64,000 nucleotides of DNA. Origin: Prochlorococcus sp. AG-355-B18. GTDB taxonomy: Bacteria; Cyanobacteriota; Cyanobacteriia; PCC-6307; Cyanobiaceae. Positions within the stretch are counted from its first letter, which is position 1; each line of letters starts with the position of its first letter. The translations under genes were made by a program, and so were the position numbers. The stretch lies in contig QCDI01000003.1 in NCBI GenBank assembly GCA_003280965.1, positions 64,001-128,000 on the forward strand, written 5' to 3'. The notes beneath the pieces are model-generated. The model searched no databases, was not told where the DNA came from, and saw only the letters and a list, made by a program, of their open reading frames with translations. Shown here piece after piece: positions 1 through 11,826 of this stretch.

Positions 1-785
1 AACTAACTACGAATGAAGAACAGTTTAAAAAGTTAGAGAAATTTGTTTATGAAAGTGGCAATCTAAACTTACAAATTCTAAAAAGAGACTCAATAATTAT
101 CAATAAAATAAATCAAGCATTCCAAACAAAAAATATAAAAGGTATGATTTCCTTCGATGATGGAAGAATAAATGCTAAATCGTTACTTAAGACATTAGAT
201 AAATATCTAAAATATAAAAAAATAAATTTTGTAAATGAAGAAATAATAAAAATCAGAAAAGCAAACAATCAATGGTTTTCTACAACAAAAAACAATGGAG
301 ATATCAAATCTGACATAGTTATTTTGTGTAATTCTCTGCAAGCGGTTGACTTAATAGATGGCCTATCTCACAACATCAAATTAAAACCTGTTTTAGGTCA
401 AGCTATAGAAGTTGGCATAAATGATGCAGAAGTCGATTTATTAACACTTCCAAAACAATTCAATATAAATGGCAAAAATATCATTCCAGTATCAAAAAAC
501 AAACTTATTATTGGTTCAACAGACGAATATAGTACAAAGCCAGAAAAAAATATTTTTGAGAAAATTACAAATTTTTTAGATAAACAACCAACTTGGCTTA
601 TCAACGGTCGAGTTACAAAAAAATGGTTTGGCGTAAGGTCTAGGCCTGAAGGTGAACCTTCACCAATAATAAAAAATCTAGAAGATGGACTGATTATATG
701 TACAGGTTTTTATAAAAATGGTATTCTACTCGCACCAGCTTGTTCTAAATGGGTTGCTAGGGAAATTAAAAAATACTTCTCCTAA
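1..785 (+). CDS. FAD-dependent oxidoreductase, glycine oxidase/D-amino acid oxidase-like (5' end outside window)
   Basis: C-terminal motifs GVRSRP and [14 protein letters not shown] of the DAO/ThiO family; the frame is open to the window edge. Confidence 0.75.
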   Translation, partial: LTTNEEQFKKLEKFVYESGNLNLQILKRDSIIINKINQAFQTKNIKGMISFDDGRINAKSLLKTLDKYLKYKKINFVNEEIIKIRKANNQWFSTTKNNGDIKSDIVILCNSLQAVDLIDGLSHNIKLKPVLGQAIEVGINDAEVDLLTLPKQFNINGKNIIPVSKNKLIIGSTDEYSTKPEKNIFEKITNFLDKQPTWLINGRVTKKWFGVRSRPEGEPSPIIKNLEDGLIICTGFYKNGILLAPACSKWVAREIKKYFS

Positions 786-2689
786 TCTTTTGATTCAGTA
801 AAGTCTGCATCAATTACATCATCTCCACTTTTATCATTTGATTCAGTCTGATCAGGACCACTCGCTGAACCAGGTGTCGGAGGCTGGTTACCTGGTTGCT
901 GATAAACAGATGAACCGACTGCATATAGTTCTTGTTGAAGCTCTTCAAGGAGTTTTTTCATTGACTCATAGTCCTCTTTTGAGGTGGCCTCTTTTAAAGC
1001 ATTGCTTTTTTCTTCAACCTTAGACTTTGCTGCAGCTTCAATTTTATCTCCCAATTCACCAAGTTGCTTTTCTGTCTGATAGACAAGTGTTTCAGCTTGA
1101 TTCTTTAAATCAATTTTCTCTCTTTTTTCTTTATCTGCTGATGCATTTGATTCTGCATCTTTAACCATTTTTTCAACCTCATTATCGGATAAAGTAGAAG
1201 CACCAGTGATAGAAATACTTTGCTCTTTTCCACTACCTTTATCTTTAGCTGTAACACTAAGAATACCGTTTGCATCGATATCAAATGTCACTTCAATTTG
1301 GGGGACACCTCTTGGTGCTGATGGAATACCATCTAATCTAAAAGTTCCCAAACTTTTATTATCAGATGCCATTTCTCTTTCACCCTGTAATACATGTATT
1401 TCTACATTGGTTTGTCCGTCGACAGCAGTTGAATATGTCTCAGATTTCTTTGTAGGTACAGTAGTATTTCTATTTATCATTTTTGTCATAACCCCACCTA
1501 AAGTTTCTACACCTAAAGAAAGTGGAGTAACATCAAGCAACAATATATCTTTAACTTCACCAGCTAAAACTCCTCCCTGAATAGCTGCTCCAACAGCAAC
1601 AACTTCGTCAGGATTAACAGTTTGATTTGGTTCCTTGCCTATTATTTTTTTAACTAAATCTAAAACTGCAGGTATCCTGGATGAACCTCCTACCATAACA
1701 ACTTCATCAATTTCACTAGTAGAAATTTTGGCATCACTTATAGCTCTCTCAACTGGGGTTTTGCACCTATCAATTAAAGAGGCTGCTAATTCCTCAAATT
1801 TTGCTCTAGTTAAGTTCAAATCCAAATGTTTTGGACCTTCAGGAGTTGCCGTTATAAAGGGCAAATTTATTTCACTTTGAGTAGCATTTGAAAGCTCAAT
1901 TTTTGCTTTTTCTGCTGCTTCAGTAAGTCTTTGTAAAGCCTGTTTATCTTGTCTAAGGTCGATTCCCTCATTTGATTTAAAAGTACTTGCTAAATGATCT
2001 ACGATACACCTATCAAAATCGTCACCGCCTAAATGCGTATCTCCAGATGTAGATAGAACTTCAGTTACTCCGTCACCAGCTTCAATAACTGACACGTCGA
2101 ATGTTCCTCCACCTAAATCAAATACAAGAATTTTTTCATTTTCTTTATCCAAACCATATGCTAGAGCTGCAGCAGTTGGCTCATTGACAATTCTGAGAAC
2201 TTCTAAACCTGCAATCTTGCCTGCATCTTTTGTCGCTTGTCTCTGAGAGTCGTTAAAATAAGCTGGAACAGTAATTACAGCCTGTGTAACTTTTTCACCA
2301 AGGTATTTACCAGCGTCATCTGCTAACTTTCTTAAAACTTGAGAGCTAACCTCTTCAGGGGAAAACTGCTTATCCAAAATAGGACACTTTAATTTAACGC
2401 TAGAACCAGATTTTTCAACAGAATAACTAACTTCTTTAGATTCTTCATTTACTTCATCAACTCTTCTGCCAACAAAACGCTTTGCAGAATAAAAAGTGTT
2501 TTCAGGGTTCATAACAGCTTGTCTCTTTGCGATTTGGCCAACGAGCTGATCTTGATTTTTTGTATATGCAACAACTGATGGAGTAGTTCTGAAACCCTCA
2601 GCATTTGCTATTACAGTAGGTTTACCACCTTCCATAACAGCGACACAACTATTAGTTGTTCCTAAATCAATTCCTACAACCTTACCCAT
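782..2689 (-). CDS. dnaK: Chaperone DnaK (Hsp70, DnaK2 type)
   Basis: [27 protein letters not shown]; start set at MGKVVG (2689) rather than the ORF-track start. Confidence 0.98.
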   Translation of the reverse strand: MGKVVGIDLGTTNSCVAVMEGGKPTVIANAEGFRTTPSVVAYTKNQDQLVGQIAKRQAVMNPENTFYSAKRFVGRRVDEVNEESKEVSYSVEKSGSSVKLKCPILDKQFSPEEVSSQVLRKLADDAGKYLGEKVTQAVITVPAYFNDSQRQATKDAGKIAGLEVLRIVNEPTAAALAYGLDKENEKILVFDLGGGTFDVSVIEAGDGVTEVLSTSGDTHLGGDDFDRCIVDHLASTFKSNEGIDLRQDKQALQRLTEAAEKAKIELSNATQSEINLPFITATPEGPKHLDLNLTRAKFEELAASLIDRCKTPVERAISDAKISTSEIDEVVMVGGSSRIPAVLDLVKKIIGKEPNQTVNPDEVVAVGAAIQGGVLAGEVKDILLLDVTPLSLGVETLGGVMTKMINRNTTVPTKKSETYSTAVDGQTNVEIHVLQGEREMASDNKSLGTFRLDGIPSAPRGVPQIEVTFDIDANGILSVTAKDKGSGKEQSISITGASTLSDNEVEKMVKDAESNASADKEKREKIDLKNQAETLVYQTEKQLGELGDKIEAAAKSKVEEKSNALKEATSKEDYESMKKLLEELQQELYAVGSSVYQQPGNQPPTPGSASGPDQTESNDKSGDDVIDADFTESKD

Positions 2690-2758
2690 GGGTAAATTCT
2701 CATATTTAATATTCTCCATAATCGGTCATCGGCGTCATTATTGTTACTCAAAGACGAG

Positions 2759-2773
2759 GTGTGGTTCCCGAAC
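2759..2773 (-). promoter_or_regulatory. K-box-like element upstream of dnaK
   Basis: Minus strand reads GTTCGGGAACCACAC about 70 bp upstream of dnaK; resembles the cyanobacterial K-box (GTTCGG-N4-CCNNAC) with a spacer 1 nt shorter. Confidence 0.45.
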
Positions 2774-2806
2774 AGATCGTTATTTTTTAAGAAAAAAATT
2801 CTAAAC

Positions 2807-3676
2807 ATGATTTCAAGTAAGACATCTTTTATTGCATTAATCGGCAATCCAGTAAGCCATTCCTTGTCACCGATTATGCAAAATGCTGCCCTTCAATATT
2901 TAGGCCTAGATTTAATTTATATCGCTATACCTTGCAAAGATGAAGATCTAGAATTAGTTCTGAATTCTTTGAAAACAATTAATTGCAAAGGTTTAAACAT
3001 TACAATTCCCTTTAAAGAAAAAGTATTTAACCTCTGTAGTGAAATTTCCCCTGTTGCAAGCAAACTGAAAGCAATTAATACCCTAAAATTAAATTCTGAA
3101 AAAGAATGGAGCGCAACTAACACAGATGTAGAAGGATTTATTTATCCTTTAAAAACATTAAACTTAATAAAAAAAGAATCTATTGTTCTTGGCTCCGGGG
3201 GTGCAGCACGATCTGTTATTCAGGGATTAATAAATCTTAATTTCTCAACTATTTCAGTAATATCAAGGAATAAATCATCACTAGATGAATTAATAAAAAA
3301 TTTTAGGAGTCAAATTGAAATTCAAGGTTTGCTGAATAATGATAATTGGGCTCAAAATTTAATTGAAGAAGCAGATTTAATTGTAAATACAACACCAGTA
3401 GGAATGAAAACAACAAAAAATGACGAAAATTTATTGCCATTTGGAGAGAATTTCTGGAGATCTCTTAACTCGAAATCAATTATTTACGATCTAATCTACA
3501 ATCCTGCTCCGACTTCTTTATTAAAATTTAGTGCCAAAAAAGGATGCATGACTATCGACGGTTTGCAAATGCTTATTGCTCAGGGATTGAAATCATTATC
3601 ATTTTGGACAGATGGTTTAGAAGTGCCTTTTCACATTATGGATGACGCACTCAAAAATTATCTTAAAAATAAATGA
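2807..3676 (+). CDS. aroE: Shikimate dehydrogenase
   Basis: [33 protein letters not shown] at 2807. Confidence 0.96.
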   Translation: MISSKTSFIALIGNPVSHSLSPIMQNAALQYLGLDLIYIAIPCKDEDLELVLNSLKTINCKGLNITIPFKEKVFNLCSEISPVASKLKAINTLKLNSEKEWSATNTDVEGFIYPLKTLNLIKKESIVLGSGGAARSVIQGLINLNFSTISVISRNKSSLDELIKNFRSQIEIQGLLNNDNWAQNLIEEADLIVNTTPVGMKTTKNDENLLPFGENFWRSLNSKSIIYDLIYNPAPTSLLKFSAKKGCMTIDGLQMLIAQGLKSLSFWTDGLEVPFHIMDDALKNYLKNK

Positions 3677-3725
3677 TGCTAATTTTCAGGGAATTTGCAC
3701 ATCATGTTGTATCGTTAAAGATGAA

Positions 3726-3768
3726 CAGACGCTCATCGCATTAATTTATGAGCCAAAGACCTTGTCTG
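3726..3768 (+). promoter_or_regulatory. Structured rpsF 5' leader (candidate S6:S18-type autoregulatory RNA)
   Basis: CAGAC-GCTCAT...ATGAGC-CAAAGACCTT-GTCTG nested stems ending 5 nt before the rpsF ATG. Confidence 0.35.
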
Positions 3769-3773
3769 AAACT

Positions 3774-4232
3774 ATGAACGAACAATCTTATTACGAAACC
3801 ATGTACATCCTCCGTCCAGATATTGCGGAAGATGAAGTAACTAGCCACATTGATAAATACAATAAGCTTTTAAAAGATTTTGGCGGTACTATCCTCGATA
3901 GTCAAATGAGGGGTAAAAGAAGATTAGCTTATCAAATAGCAAAACATAGAGAAGGTATTTACGTCCAACTAAGTCATCAAGGTGATGGACAACATATTTT
4001 CAAAATTGAAAAAGCAATGAGACTGAGTGAAGATGTTATAAGATATATGACCGTTAAACAAGAAGGACCGTTGCCAACTCCAAGACCCTCTACTAAGAAT
4101 TCAACTCAAGTAGATGATAAAGAGAATTCAGAACCTAAAGTTGAATCTAAGGAAAAACAACCAGTAATTAGCGCAGATACTTCAACTTCGAAAAAAGATG
4201 ATTCTGAAACCAAAGACAATGCAGAGTCTTAA
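3774..4232 (+). CDS. rpsF: 30S ribosomal protein S6 with charged C-terminal extension
   Basis: [29 protein letters not shown] at 3774. Confidence 0.96.
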   Translation: MNEQSYYETMYILRPDIAEDEVTSHIDKYNKLLKDFGGTILDSQMRGKRRLAYQIAKHREGIYVQLSHQGDGQHIFKIEKAMRLSEDVIRYMTVKQEGPLPTPRPSTKNSTQVDDKENSEPKVESKEKQPVISADTSTSKKDDSETKDNAES

Positions 4233-4235
4233 GTA

Positions 4236-5450
4236 TTAATCTTTTGTTTTTGAATTTAATTCAGCCCATATTTTATTAGACATACCCCACATATAGATAA
4301 AACCCTTTGCTAAAGAGTGATTAAATACATCATCTTGACTATAAGTTGCCAAATCTTCTCTATAAAGTGAATTGTTTTCCGACATTCTTCCAACTACAAT
4401 TGCGTTCCCCTTATGAAGTCTAATCTTTACTCTTCCATTAACTGAAGTTTGAGTCGATGAAATGAAAGCATCTAAACTATCTTTTAGAGGTCCGAACCAA
4501 AACCCCTGATAAACCAATTGACTCCATTTTTTTTCCACCCTTCCTTTAAAGTCAATAACATCTGGGTTTAAAGTTATACTTTCTAATTCCTTGTGAGCTT
4601 TGATTAGAAGTAAAAGTCCAGGTGTTTCGTAAATCTCTCTGCTTTTGATCCCTACAACTCGATCTTCAATCATATCTATTCTTCCAAAACCATGTTCACC
4701 TGCAAGATCATTAGCTTTTTGAATAATCTCCACTGGAGTTAACATTTCATTATTAATTCCAACTGGCAGCCCATTTTTAAAAACAATTTCAATATCTTGA
4801 GGAACATCAGGTGAATTATCAATTGATGATGTTATTGCAAAAATATTTTCAGGTGCCTCATGCATTGGGTCCTCTAATATACCCGCTTCAATACTCCTAC
4901 CTAGAAGGTTAACATCTATTGAATATGGTGATTTTTTTGATACTGGTGCAGGAATACCAAATTTTTCTCCATACAATATTGCCTCTTCCCTGCTCATATT
5001 CCACTCTCTTGCAGGAGTAATAATTTTCAAATCAGGACCTAAAGCATTAATTGCTAAATCAAAGCGAACTTGATCATTTCCTTTACCGGTGCATCCATGT
5101 GCTACTGCATCGGCATTTATCTCTCTCGCAGTATTAACAAGATTTTCAGCAATTAAAGGCCGAGCAAGAGCCGTAGATAATGGATATTTATCTAAATATA
5201 ATGCATTTGCTCTAATAGCTGGAAAAGCATATTTCTCGACAAAACTATCAACTAAATTACCAACGATTGATTTAGATGCACCAGAATTTAAAGCTTTTTG
5301 TCTAACAAGTTCTAAATCTTCACCTTGTCCAAGATCTGCCACAAAAGTAACCACTTCTGAAATACCATATTCATTCTTTAAATATGGAATACAAACGCTC
5401 GTATCAACGCCACCAGAATAAGCTAGTACAACTTTTTTTACCTGCTGCAT
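4236..5450 (-). CDS. argG: Argininosuccinate synthase
   Basis: [34 protein letters not shown]. Confidence 0.97.
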   Translation of the reverse strand: MQQVKKVVLAYSGGVDTSVCIPYLKNEYGISEVVTFVADLGQGEDLELVRQKALNSGASKSIVGNLVDSFVEKYAFPAIRANALYLDKYPLSTALARPLIAENLVNTAREINADAVAHGCTGKGNDQVRFDLAINALGPDLKIITPAREWNMSREEAILYGEKFGIPAPVSKKSPYSIDVNLLGRSIEAGILEDPMHEAPENIFAITSSIDNSPDVPQDIEIVFKNGLPVGINNEMLTPVEIIQKANDLAGEHGFGRIDMIEDRVVGIKSREIYETPGLLLLIKAHKELESITLNPDVIDFKGRVEKKWSQLVYQGFWFGPLKDSLDAFISSTQTSVNGRVKIRLHKGNAIVVGRMSENNSLYREDLATYSQDDVFNHSLAKGFIYMWGMSNKIWAELNSKTKD

Positions 5451-5483
5451 TTCAATTTGTTCCATAAATTTTTTTTAACGTGA

Positions 5484-5678
5484 TTAAGAATTTGATAACT
5501 TATTAAAAACTAATATCATTGTAACTAAAAGAGCTGGACCAAAAACTAGTAATACGAGAAGAAAGTTATTAATTATTAAAACATTGGGATTCAAGTATCC
5601 GCCAAGCTTAAATAATCCAGACAACAACAATGAGATTAGCCAGATTAAAAAATATTTTAAATTTCCTTTATCAAACAA
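5484..5678 (-). CDS. Small hypothetical membrane protein
   Basis: 64-aa ORF with two hydrophobic segments, fills the intergenic gap. Confidence 0.55.
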   Translation of the reverse strand: MFDKGNLKYFLIWLISLLLSGLFKLGGYLNPNVLIINNFLLVLLVFGPALLVTMILVFNKLSNS

Positions 5679-5730
5679 AGTTTTTCATGCGCATTATTAT
5701 GTATTATCTTATATATAGAACATAAACTAA

Positions 5731-6009
5731 ATGGACTCAAATAAATTAAAACTTAGATTAGACGATATTTCTGAAGTTAACCCTGCTTTAACTTGCTACC
5801 ACAGAGATGATCAGGCTCCTGTTTTGCCACTAAGAGATGAGCCAGATTTACTATCTTGGCTTGAAAATACAGGTAGACTTGTTACTGAAAGCGAGGGAGA
5901 TTCACAAGAGATTAGTACAATTGAAGAAGAAGAACTATCAGCGCTAATGGGAGAAAAAGAAGATTACAAGACTGAAGAAGACCCTTCAGATGATGATTGG
6001 GAAGATTAA
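5731..6009 (+). CDS. Conserved cyanobacterial acidic protein (DUF3134-like)
   Basis: NPAL...PVLPL..EPDLLSWLENTGRL motif, directly upstream of mraY. Confidence 0.75.
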   Translation: MDSNKLKLRLDDISEVNPALTCYHRDDQAPVLPLRDEPDLLSWLENTGRLVTESEGDSQEISTIEEEELSALMGEKEDYKTEEDPSDDDWED

Positions 6010-7069
6010 ACAGTTTAACTTTAAATCGTTATTAATATTAAATACCTTTGCTTTAATAGTTACCTCGTATTTTTTTAAAAATTTTATTTGTTTAGGAGTC
6101 TATACATTATTTTTTTTTATTTCTTTATTCACAACAAAGAATGGTCTAAAAACAATAAAAAAATTAAATTTACTTCAAAATATTAGGACTGAAGGTCCTT
6201 CTAATCACTTTAAAAAAAGTAATACCCCAACAATGGGTGGAATTTTTATGATAATTCCATTTTTGATTTTACTTTTAATAATAACTATAAATTTAGGATC
6301 TCTTAAATTATTGCTTTTATTATTTACTATTTTTGGTTTCTTTTTTACAGGCTTTTTAGATGATTATTTAAGCATTAAAAACAGAAAAAATACAGGATTA
6401 AAGTCAAAAGAAAAATTCATTCTACAGAGTATTATCTCAATAATTTTTATATTTATAGCCTATGAAAACGATTTAATAAATCCATTAATTAAAATTTCTG
6501 AATCTTGGGAAATAGATACAAGTATTTTTATATTTCCCATTTCTTTTTTAGTACTAGTTGGCATAAGTAATTCAGTAAATTTGACTGATGGACTAGATGG
6601 ATTAGCAGCTGGATGCAGTGGAATTGTTTTTTATGGATTAGGAACAGAGATATTAATGAAAGAACAAAAAGAGCTTTTTGTTTTTAGTCTCTTATGTTTT
6701 TCAATGTCTGGCATATGTTTAGGATTTCTAAAATACAATAACTATCCTGCAAAAATATTTATGGGTGACACAGGATCATTAAGTATTGGGGCTATCTTGG
6801 GTTCTATAGCGTTATTAACTAATAGCGTTTTTACCCTATCTATATTCTCAGGAATATTTATTGTTGAATCTTTATCAGTAATGATTCAAGTAGGGATTTT
6901 TAAAATTACAAAAAAATTATTTTACAAAGGTAAACGCATATTTTTAATGGCTCCACTTCACCACCATTTTGAACTTAAAGGTGTTAAGGAACAAAAAATA
7001 GTTGAAAATTTTTGGAAAATCAACATTTTACTTGTAATTTTAGGTATAGTTTTAAAAATCAATCTCTAA
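5990..7069 (+). CDS. mraY: Phospho-N-acetylmuramoyl-pentapeptide transferase
   Basis: TPTMGG, GFLDDY, NSVNLTDGLDGLA, FMGDTGS, MAPLHHHFE. Confidence 0.97.
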   Translation: MMIGKIKQFNFKSLLILNTFALIVTSYFFKNFICLGVYTLFFFISLFTTKNGLKTIKKLNLLQNIRTEGPSNHFKKSNTPTMGGIFMIIPFLILLLIITINLGSLKLLLLLFTIFGFFFTGFLDDYLSIKNRKNTGLKSKEKFILQSIISIIFIFIAYENDLINPLIKISESWEIDTSIFIFPISFLVLVGISNSVNLTDGLDGLAAGCSGIVFYGLGTEILMKEQKELFVFSLLCFSMSGICLGFLKYNNYPAKIFMGDTGSLSIGAILGSIALLTNSVFTLSIFSGIFIVESLSVMIQVGIFKITKKLFYKGKRIFLMAPLHHHFELKGVKEQKIVENFWKINILLVILGIVLKINL

Positions 7070-7079
7070 AAAATTTGTT

Positions 7080-7325
7080 ATGAATTTTTTTACATGGAAA
7101 GATAATGGATTAACAAGTGACTGCTCAAGTCTTGATGCAATGGCATCAAGGTTTGAAGAAACTGCTAACTTAATGAAAAAACTATCTAAGAAAGGCTTCA
7201 AACTTAAGAAAACTCACAATAATCAACTAATTCTTCACCCTGATCCTAAAGTTTTTGATCAATGGGGTTTTATAAGTGAAGAACTCCCTTTTAAACAACT
7301 TTGTTTAATATCAGATGAAGAATAA
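7080..7325 (+). CDS. Small hypothetical protein
   Basis: 81-aa ORF 10 bp after mraY; its 3' end overlaps the convergent sps gene. Confidence 0.6.
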   Translation: MNFFTWKDNGLTSDCSSLDAMASRFEETANLMKKLSKKGFKLKKTHNNQLILHPDPKVFDQWGFISEELPFKQLCLISDEE

Positions 7326-8668
7326 TTATTTGAACTTGAAAATTCTTTTAACAGAATTGATAAATAGTTATGTACATGAGTGTCCCAACTAAAGTGCCTA
7401 TTAACACCCTCAATTCCATTTCTACTCCATAATTTCCACTGATCATTATTGGAAATTCCTTTCTCAAGAATAACTTTTAGCTTATTAATATCAGTAACAT
7501 CTACTAAAAGTCCGTTTTCACATTTTGAGCAAATTTCTTTTGGTCCCCCATCATTTGTTGATATTATAGGCAATCCACATGAGGAAGCTTCAAGAAGAGT
7601 TAAACCAAAAGGCTCTGTTAAAGCTGGATTTACGAAAACACCCCCTCTGCTAGCAGCCCACCTATATAAAGCAGGAATTTGACTTGGAAGATGCTTTTTC
7701 GGATAAGCTACCTTCCCGTACAAATTATATTTATCAATCATTTCAAAAATATTATGGAATACGTCTTTTTGTTGAGGGTCAAGTTTTGAAGTACTATCTC
7801 GACAACCTAAAATCAAAATTAAATTAGTTTTTCTTTTTAATTTTTCAGATCTTCCGTATGCCTCAATCAAAGAAGGAATATTTTTTCTTCGAACAGCCCT
7901 AGAAATAGCCAATAATGGAGGTTTAGCAGAATCCTTGAGAAAAGGTTTCATCATATTGTCAATTTCAGCAGTTTCTGTTGTCGAGTGAATATGGTGAAAC
8001 TTGTTATGATCAACACCAGGTGGAATGACTTTTGCTTTTTGAGTTATAAAAGAAGTATATTGAGAATATTGATAAACTGATTCTTGTTTAGTGCTTGTAA
8101 CAACAATATCTGCCGACTTTAAAGCTTTTTCTTCTGCCTCAATTCTTTTACTTATAGAATAAAGCTTTTCTATTTGATTAGTTTTTAAACCAGTATCGAG
8201 CAATTTCCTCTGTTTTTCTCTTCCTAAGGAATGGCCAGTAAAAATAAGTGGAACATTTAAGGATTTACTTAGTTGGACACCTACATATCCAGCATCTGCA
8301 TAATGAGCATGAATAAAATGAGGTTTTTTATTTTTTTTATAAAAACAGATAAGACTTTCAGTTAAATGATCTAAATAGGGCCAAAGCAATTCCTTTCTTA
8401 AGTATTTATTAGGTCCAAATTTAAATCTTAAAATTCTAACTCCAGGTTCTACAAATTCTTCTTCTTGTGCATAGTCATTATCTACTTTAGTGTCGTTGAT
8501 TAAACGAGTGACTAGATCTACTTGGTCAACTTCTGAAGTATTAGCCAAACTTTTAACTAACTCTAAAACATATTGAGTTTGACCTCCTGTATCTGCATCC
8601 CTTCCTAATTCAAGGTTTTTAGAACGTATAAGACCATGTAAATGTAAATGTAAAAATTTAAGCCTCAT
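7259..8668 (-). CDS. sps: Sucrose-phosphate synthase, glycosyltransferase domain only
   Basis: HGLIR, ELGRDADTGGQ, HAHYADAG, FTGHSLG, NPALTEPFGLTLLEA. Confidence 0.92.
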   Translation of the reverse strand: MRLKFLHLHLHGLIRSKNLELGRDADTGGQTQYVLELVKSLANTSEVDQVDLVTRLINDTKVDNDYAQEEEFVEPGVRILRFKFGPNKYLRKELLWPYLDHLTESLICFYKKNKKPHFIHAHYADAGYVGVQLSKSLNVPLIFTGHSLGREKQRKLLDTGLKTNQIEKLYSISKRIEAEEKALKSADIVVTSTKQESVYQYSQYTSFITQKAKVIPPGVDHNKFHHIHSTTETAEIDNMMKPFLKDSAKPPLLAISRAVRRKNIPSLIEAYGRSEKLKRKTNLILILGCRDSTSKLDPQQKDVFHNIFEMIDKYNLYGKVAYPKKHLPSQIPALYRWAASRGGVFVNPALTEPFGLTLLEASSCGLPIISTNDGGPKEICSKCENGLLVDVTDINKLKVILEKGISNNDQWKLWSRNGIEGVNRHFSWDTHVHNYLSILLKEFSSSNNYSSSDIKQSCLKGSSSLIKPH

Positions 8669-8870
8669 TCAGCTAATCCTCCGTTCAAGAGCCTTTAATA
8701 CAAATAAGCTGGATTTCTACAGGAAATATTAAGAAACCATTATGATTTTAAATTTTTTAAATTCCAAAATTTTTTAAAAAAGCATATGTGGACTTAAGTT
8801 ATGCCTTTCTAAAGATGAATTTCGTTTAGCTCAGATAATTTAAAATACAAAGAAATACAACAAAGATTTC

Positions 8871-11774
8871 TTATTTGAGAACTTTTTTAAGATATTTTGC
8901 TGTATGGCTTGTAGGGTGTTTTGCTACATCTTCAGGAATTCCTTCTGCAATAATTTCGCCGCCTTTATCTCCTCCGTCAGGTCCTAAATCTATGATCCAA
9001 TCAGAGCATCTAATTACGTCTAAGTTATGTTCGATAACAACTACAGAATTCCCTTTATCTACCAAACGTTGTATAACATCCATTAGTTTATGAACATCAT
9101 AAAAACTGAGACCTGTAGTTGGTTCATCAATCAAATATAAAGTTTTTCCAGTAGCTCTTTTAGATAATTCTGTAGCTAACTTAACTCTTTGAGCCTCTCC
9201 ACCAGATAGAGTAGGAGCAGGTTGGCCTAATTTGACATATCCTAAGCCAACATCTACTAGTGTAGATAATCTATCAGCAGCTTGAGGTATAGCAGAAAAG
9301 GTTTCTGCAGCTTGTTCAACAGTCATTTCCAAAACATCAGATATATTAAAACCTTTGTATTTAACTTGAAGAGTTTCCCTGTTAAAGCGAGCTCCTTTGC
9401 ATACTTCACATTGAACATAAACATCAGGTAAAAAATTCATTTCTATGACATTAACTCCCTGGCCTTTACAAGCTTCGCATCTTCCTCCTTTAACATTAAA
9501 ACTAAACTGACCAGCCTGGTAACCCCTTGCTTTTGCTTCCACAGTGGCAGTAAATATTTGCCTTATAGGATCAAAAGCACCTGTATAAGTAGCAGGATTA
9601 GATCTTGGTGTTCTCCCTATTGGAGATTGATCAATAACGATAACTTTATCTATTGCCTTGATACCTTTTAACTCTTTTACTCCTTGAGGAAAAGGAACTT
9701 TTAATCCTAGAGAATGACACAAAGCAGGGTGTAGCAATTCATTTATCAAAGTACTTTTCCCACTGCCGCTTACTCCAGTTACGGAGACTAATCTTCCTAA
9801 TGGAAATTCTACAGATATATTCTTTAAATTATTTTTTGAGCAATTATTTAAAATTAAACTTTTTTTAACTGATGATCTACGTTCTTTTGGAGTAGGAATC
9901 GACTTCCTACCACTGAGATAAGCCCCAGTTAATGACCTCTCTGATTTTAAGACATCTTGATATGATCCCTTAGCAATAATTTCCCCACCGTAAACACCTG
10001 CACCTGGACCAATATCTACTAGATAATCTGCAGATTTCATAGTATCTTCATCATGTTCAACAACAACTAAAGTATTACCAAGGTCTCTCAAGCTTTTTAA
10101 GGTTTCTAATAATCTGTCATTATCTCTCTGATGTAAACCAATACTGGGTTCATCTAATACATATAGAACACCAGTAAGGCCTGCGCCTATTTGCGTAGCC
10201 AATCTAATACGCTGAGCTTCTCCACCAGACAAAGTCATAGCTGGTCTATCTAAAGTTAAATAATCTAGACCAACATTAATTAAAAACTTTAAACGTAAAC
10301 GAATCTCTTTTAAAACCAATTCACCTATCTGCTTTTGTTTTTCTGATAAAGATATATTTTCCTTTTTAGTCTTACCTAATCCCATGATGCGCTCAATATG
10401 AGTTAAGGTTTCAGAAACGCTTATAGAAGTTAAATCAGTAATATTGTATGGACCAATTCTAACTGCCAACGCCTCTGGTCTTAATCTTTTTCCAGAACAT
10501 GTCTTACAAGGAACTAACTCTTGGTACTTTTCTAATTTTTGTTTAACTAATTCTCCATTAGCTTCATTCAATTGCCTTTCTAATATTGGTAAAATTCCTT
10601 CAAAGGGTCTTTCAAAACCACTAGAAGTTTTAAAACGACTATCAGCTTGAATTAATATTGGTTTATCTGATCCTAAAAGTAGAACTTTTTTTTGCAAATC
10701 ACTTAAATCTTTCCAAGGAGTTTTTAACTCAAAACCATAAGCTTGTCCTACAGAATAAAGTAAAGAAAAGTAATAAGTATTATCTTTTTCGCTCCAAGGC
10801 GCTATTGCAGCATAAACCGGTAATGTTTTATCTGGGATAACTCTATCCGCAGTAAATTTTTTTAAATAACCAATTCCATGACAGTCTGGACAAGCTCCAT
10901 ATGGACTATTAAAGGAAAATAATCGTGGAGACAGTTCATCTACAATTGAACCATGAACAGGACATGCATAATTTTCTGAGTAAAGTTTTTCTCTCTCTAG
11001 GTTAGGAGGTAAAGTTTCTCCTTTTTTTGGAACAACCTCTACTACTGCTAAACCATCGCCTCTTTTAAGGCAAGTTTGTAGAGAGTCATTTAATCTTTCT
11101 TGTATTCCTTCTCTTGCAATTAATCTATCAACTACTACCTCAATAGTATGAATTTGATTTTTATCTAATTCAATACTATCAGCAAGTTCTCTTACCTCGC
11201 CATTGATTCTTACTCTAGCGAATCCCTCGGCAGCTAATCCACTTATTAATTTTGTGTGTGTTCCCTTCTTCCCTCTTACAACAGGAGCCAACAACTGATA
11301 CCTTGTTCCTTCTGGCAATAGAAGAATTTGGTCAACCATTTCATCAATTGTTTGAGGCGCAATTGGAATCCCACAGTGATGACAATGTGGTTCACCAGCA
11401 CGACCAAACAATAATCTTAAATAATCTTGTATCTCTGTTACGGTTCCAACTGTTGATCGAGGATTATGACTTGTAGATTTTTGATCAATTGAAATAGCTG
11501 GTGATAAACCCTCAATATTGTCAACATCAGGTTTATCTACTTGACCCAAAAATTGTCTAGCATATGCCGAAAGACTCTCAACATATCTTCTTTGACCTTC
11601 AGCAAAAATTGTATCAAAAGCTAAAGAACTTTTTCCGCTTCCACTAACACCTGTAAAAACTATAAATTTATTCCTAGGTAAAGAGAGGTCAATATTTTTT
11701 AAATTATGCTGACGAGCTCCTCTAATATTAATTGAATTATCTTCTTCAAAAGTATTATTAATCTTTTTAACCAT
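8871..11774 (-). CDS. uvrA: Excinuclease ABC subunit A
   Basis: Two ABC domains (GVSGSGKS, LSGGEAQR) and zinc fingers. Confidence 0.98.
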   Translation of the reverse strand: MVKKINNTFEEDNSINIRGARQHNLKNIDLSLPRNKFIVFTGVSGSGKSSLAFDTIFAEGQRRYVESLSAYARQFLGQVDKPDVDNIEGLSPAISIDQKSTSHNPRSTVGTVTEIQDYLRLLFGRAGEPHCHHCGIPIAPQTIDEMVDQILLLPEGTRYQLLAPVVRGKKGTHTKLISGLAAEGFARVRINGEVRELADSIELDKNQIHTIEVVVDRLIAREGIQERLNDSLQTCLKRGDGLAVVEVVPKKGETLPPNLEREKLYSENYACPVHGSIVDELSPRLFSFNSPYGACPDCHGIGYLKKFTADRVIPDKTLPVYAAIAPWSEKDNTYYFSLLYSVGQAYGFELKTPWKDLSDLQKKVLLLGSDKPILIQADSRFKTSSGFERPFEGILPILERQLNEANGELVKQKLEKYQELVPCKTCSGKRLRPEALAVRIGPYNITDLTSISVSETLTHIERIMGLGKTKKENISLSEKQKQIGELVLKEIRLRLKFLINVGLDYLTLDRPAMTLSGGEAQRIRLATQIGAGLTGVLYVLDEPSIGLHQRDNDRLLETLKSLRDLGNTLVVVEHDEDTMKSADYLVDIGPGAGVYGGEIIAKGSYQDVLKSERSLTGAYLSGRKSIPTPKERRSSVKKSLILNNCSKNNLKNISVEFPLGRLVSVTGVSGSGKSTLINELLHPALCHSLGLKVPFPQGVKELKGIKAIDKVIVIDQSPIGRTPRSNPATYTGAFDPIRQIFTATVEAKARGYQAGQFSFNVKGGRCEACKGQGVNVIEMNFLPDVYVQCEVCKGARFNRETLQVKYKGFNISDVLEMTVEQAAETFSAIPQAADRLSTLVDVGLGYVKLGQPAPTLSGGEAQRVKLATELSKRATGKTLYLIDEPTTGLSFYDVHKLMDVIQRLVDKGNSVVVIEHNLDVIRCSDWIIDLGPDGGDKGGEIIAEGIPEDVAKHPTSHTAKYLKKVLK

Positions 11775-11826
11775 GTTTAATCTTTCTATGGTTTAAAAAA
11801 AATATTATAGAGGAATTTTTTCTGTT

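Noticed and set aside
8669..8870. 200-bp spacer between sps and uvrA as a possible tRNA or ncRNA
   Set aside because: No cloverleaf or T-loop motif; only a weak AT-rich hairpin.
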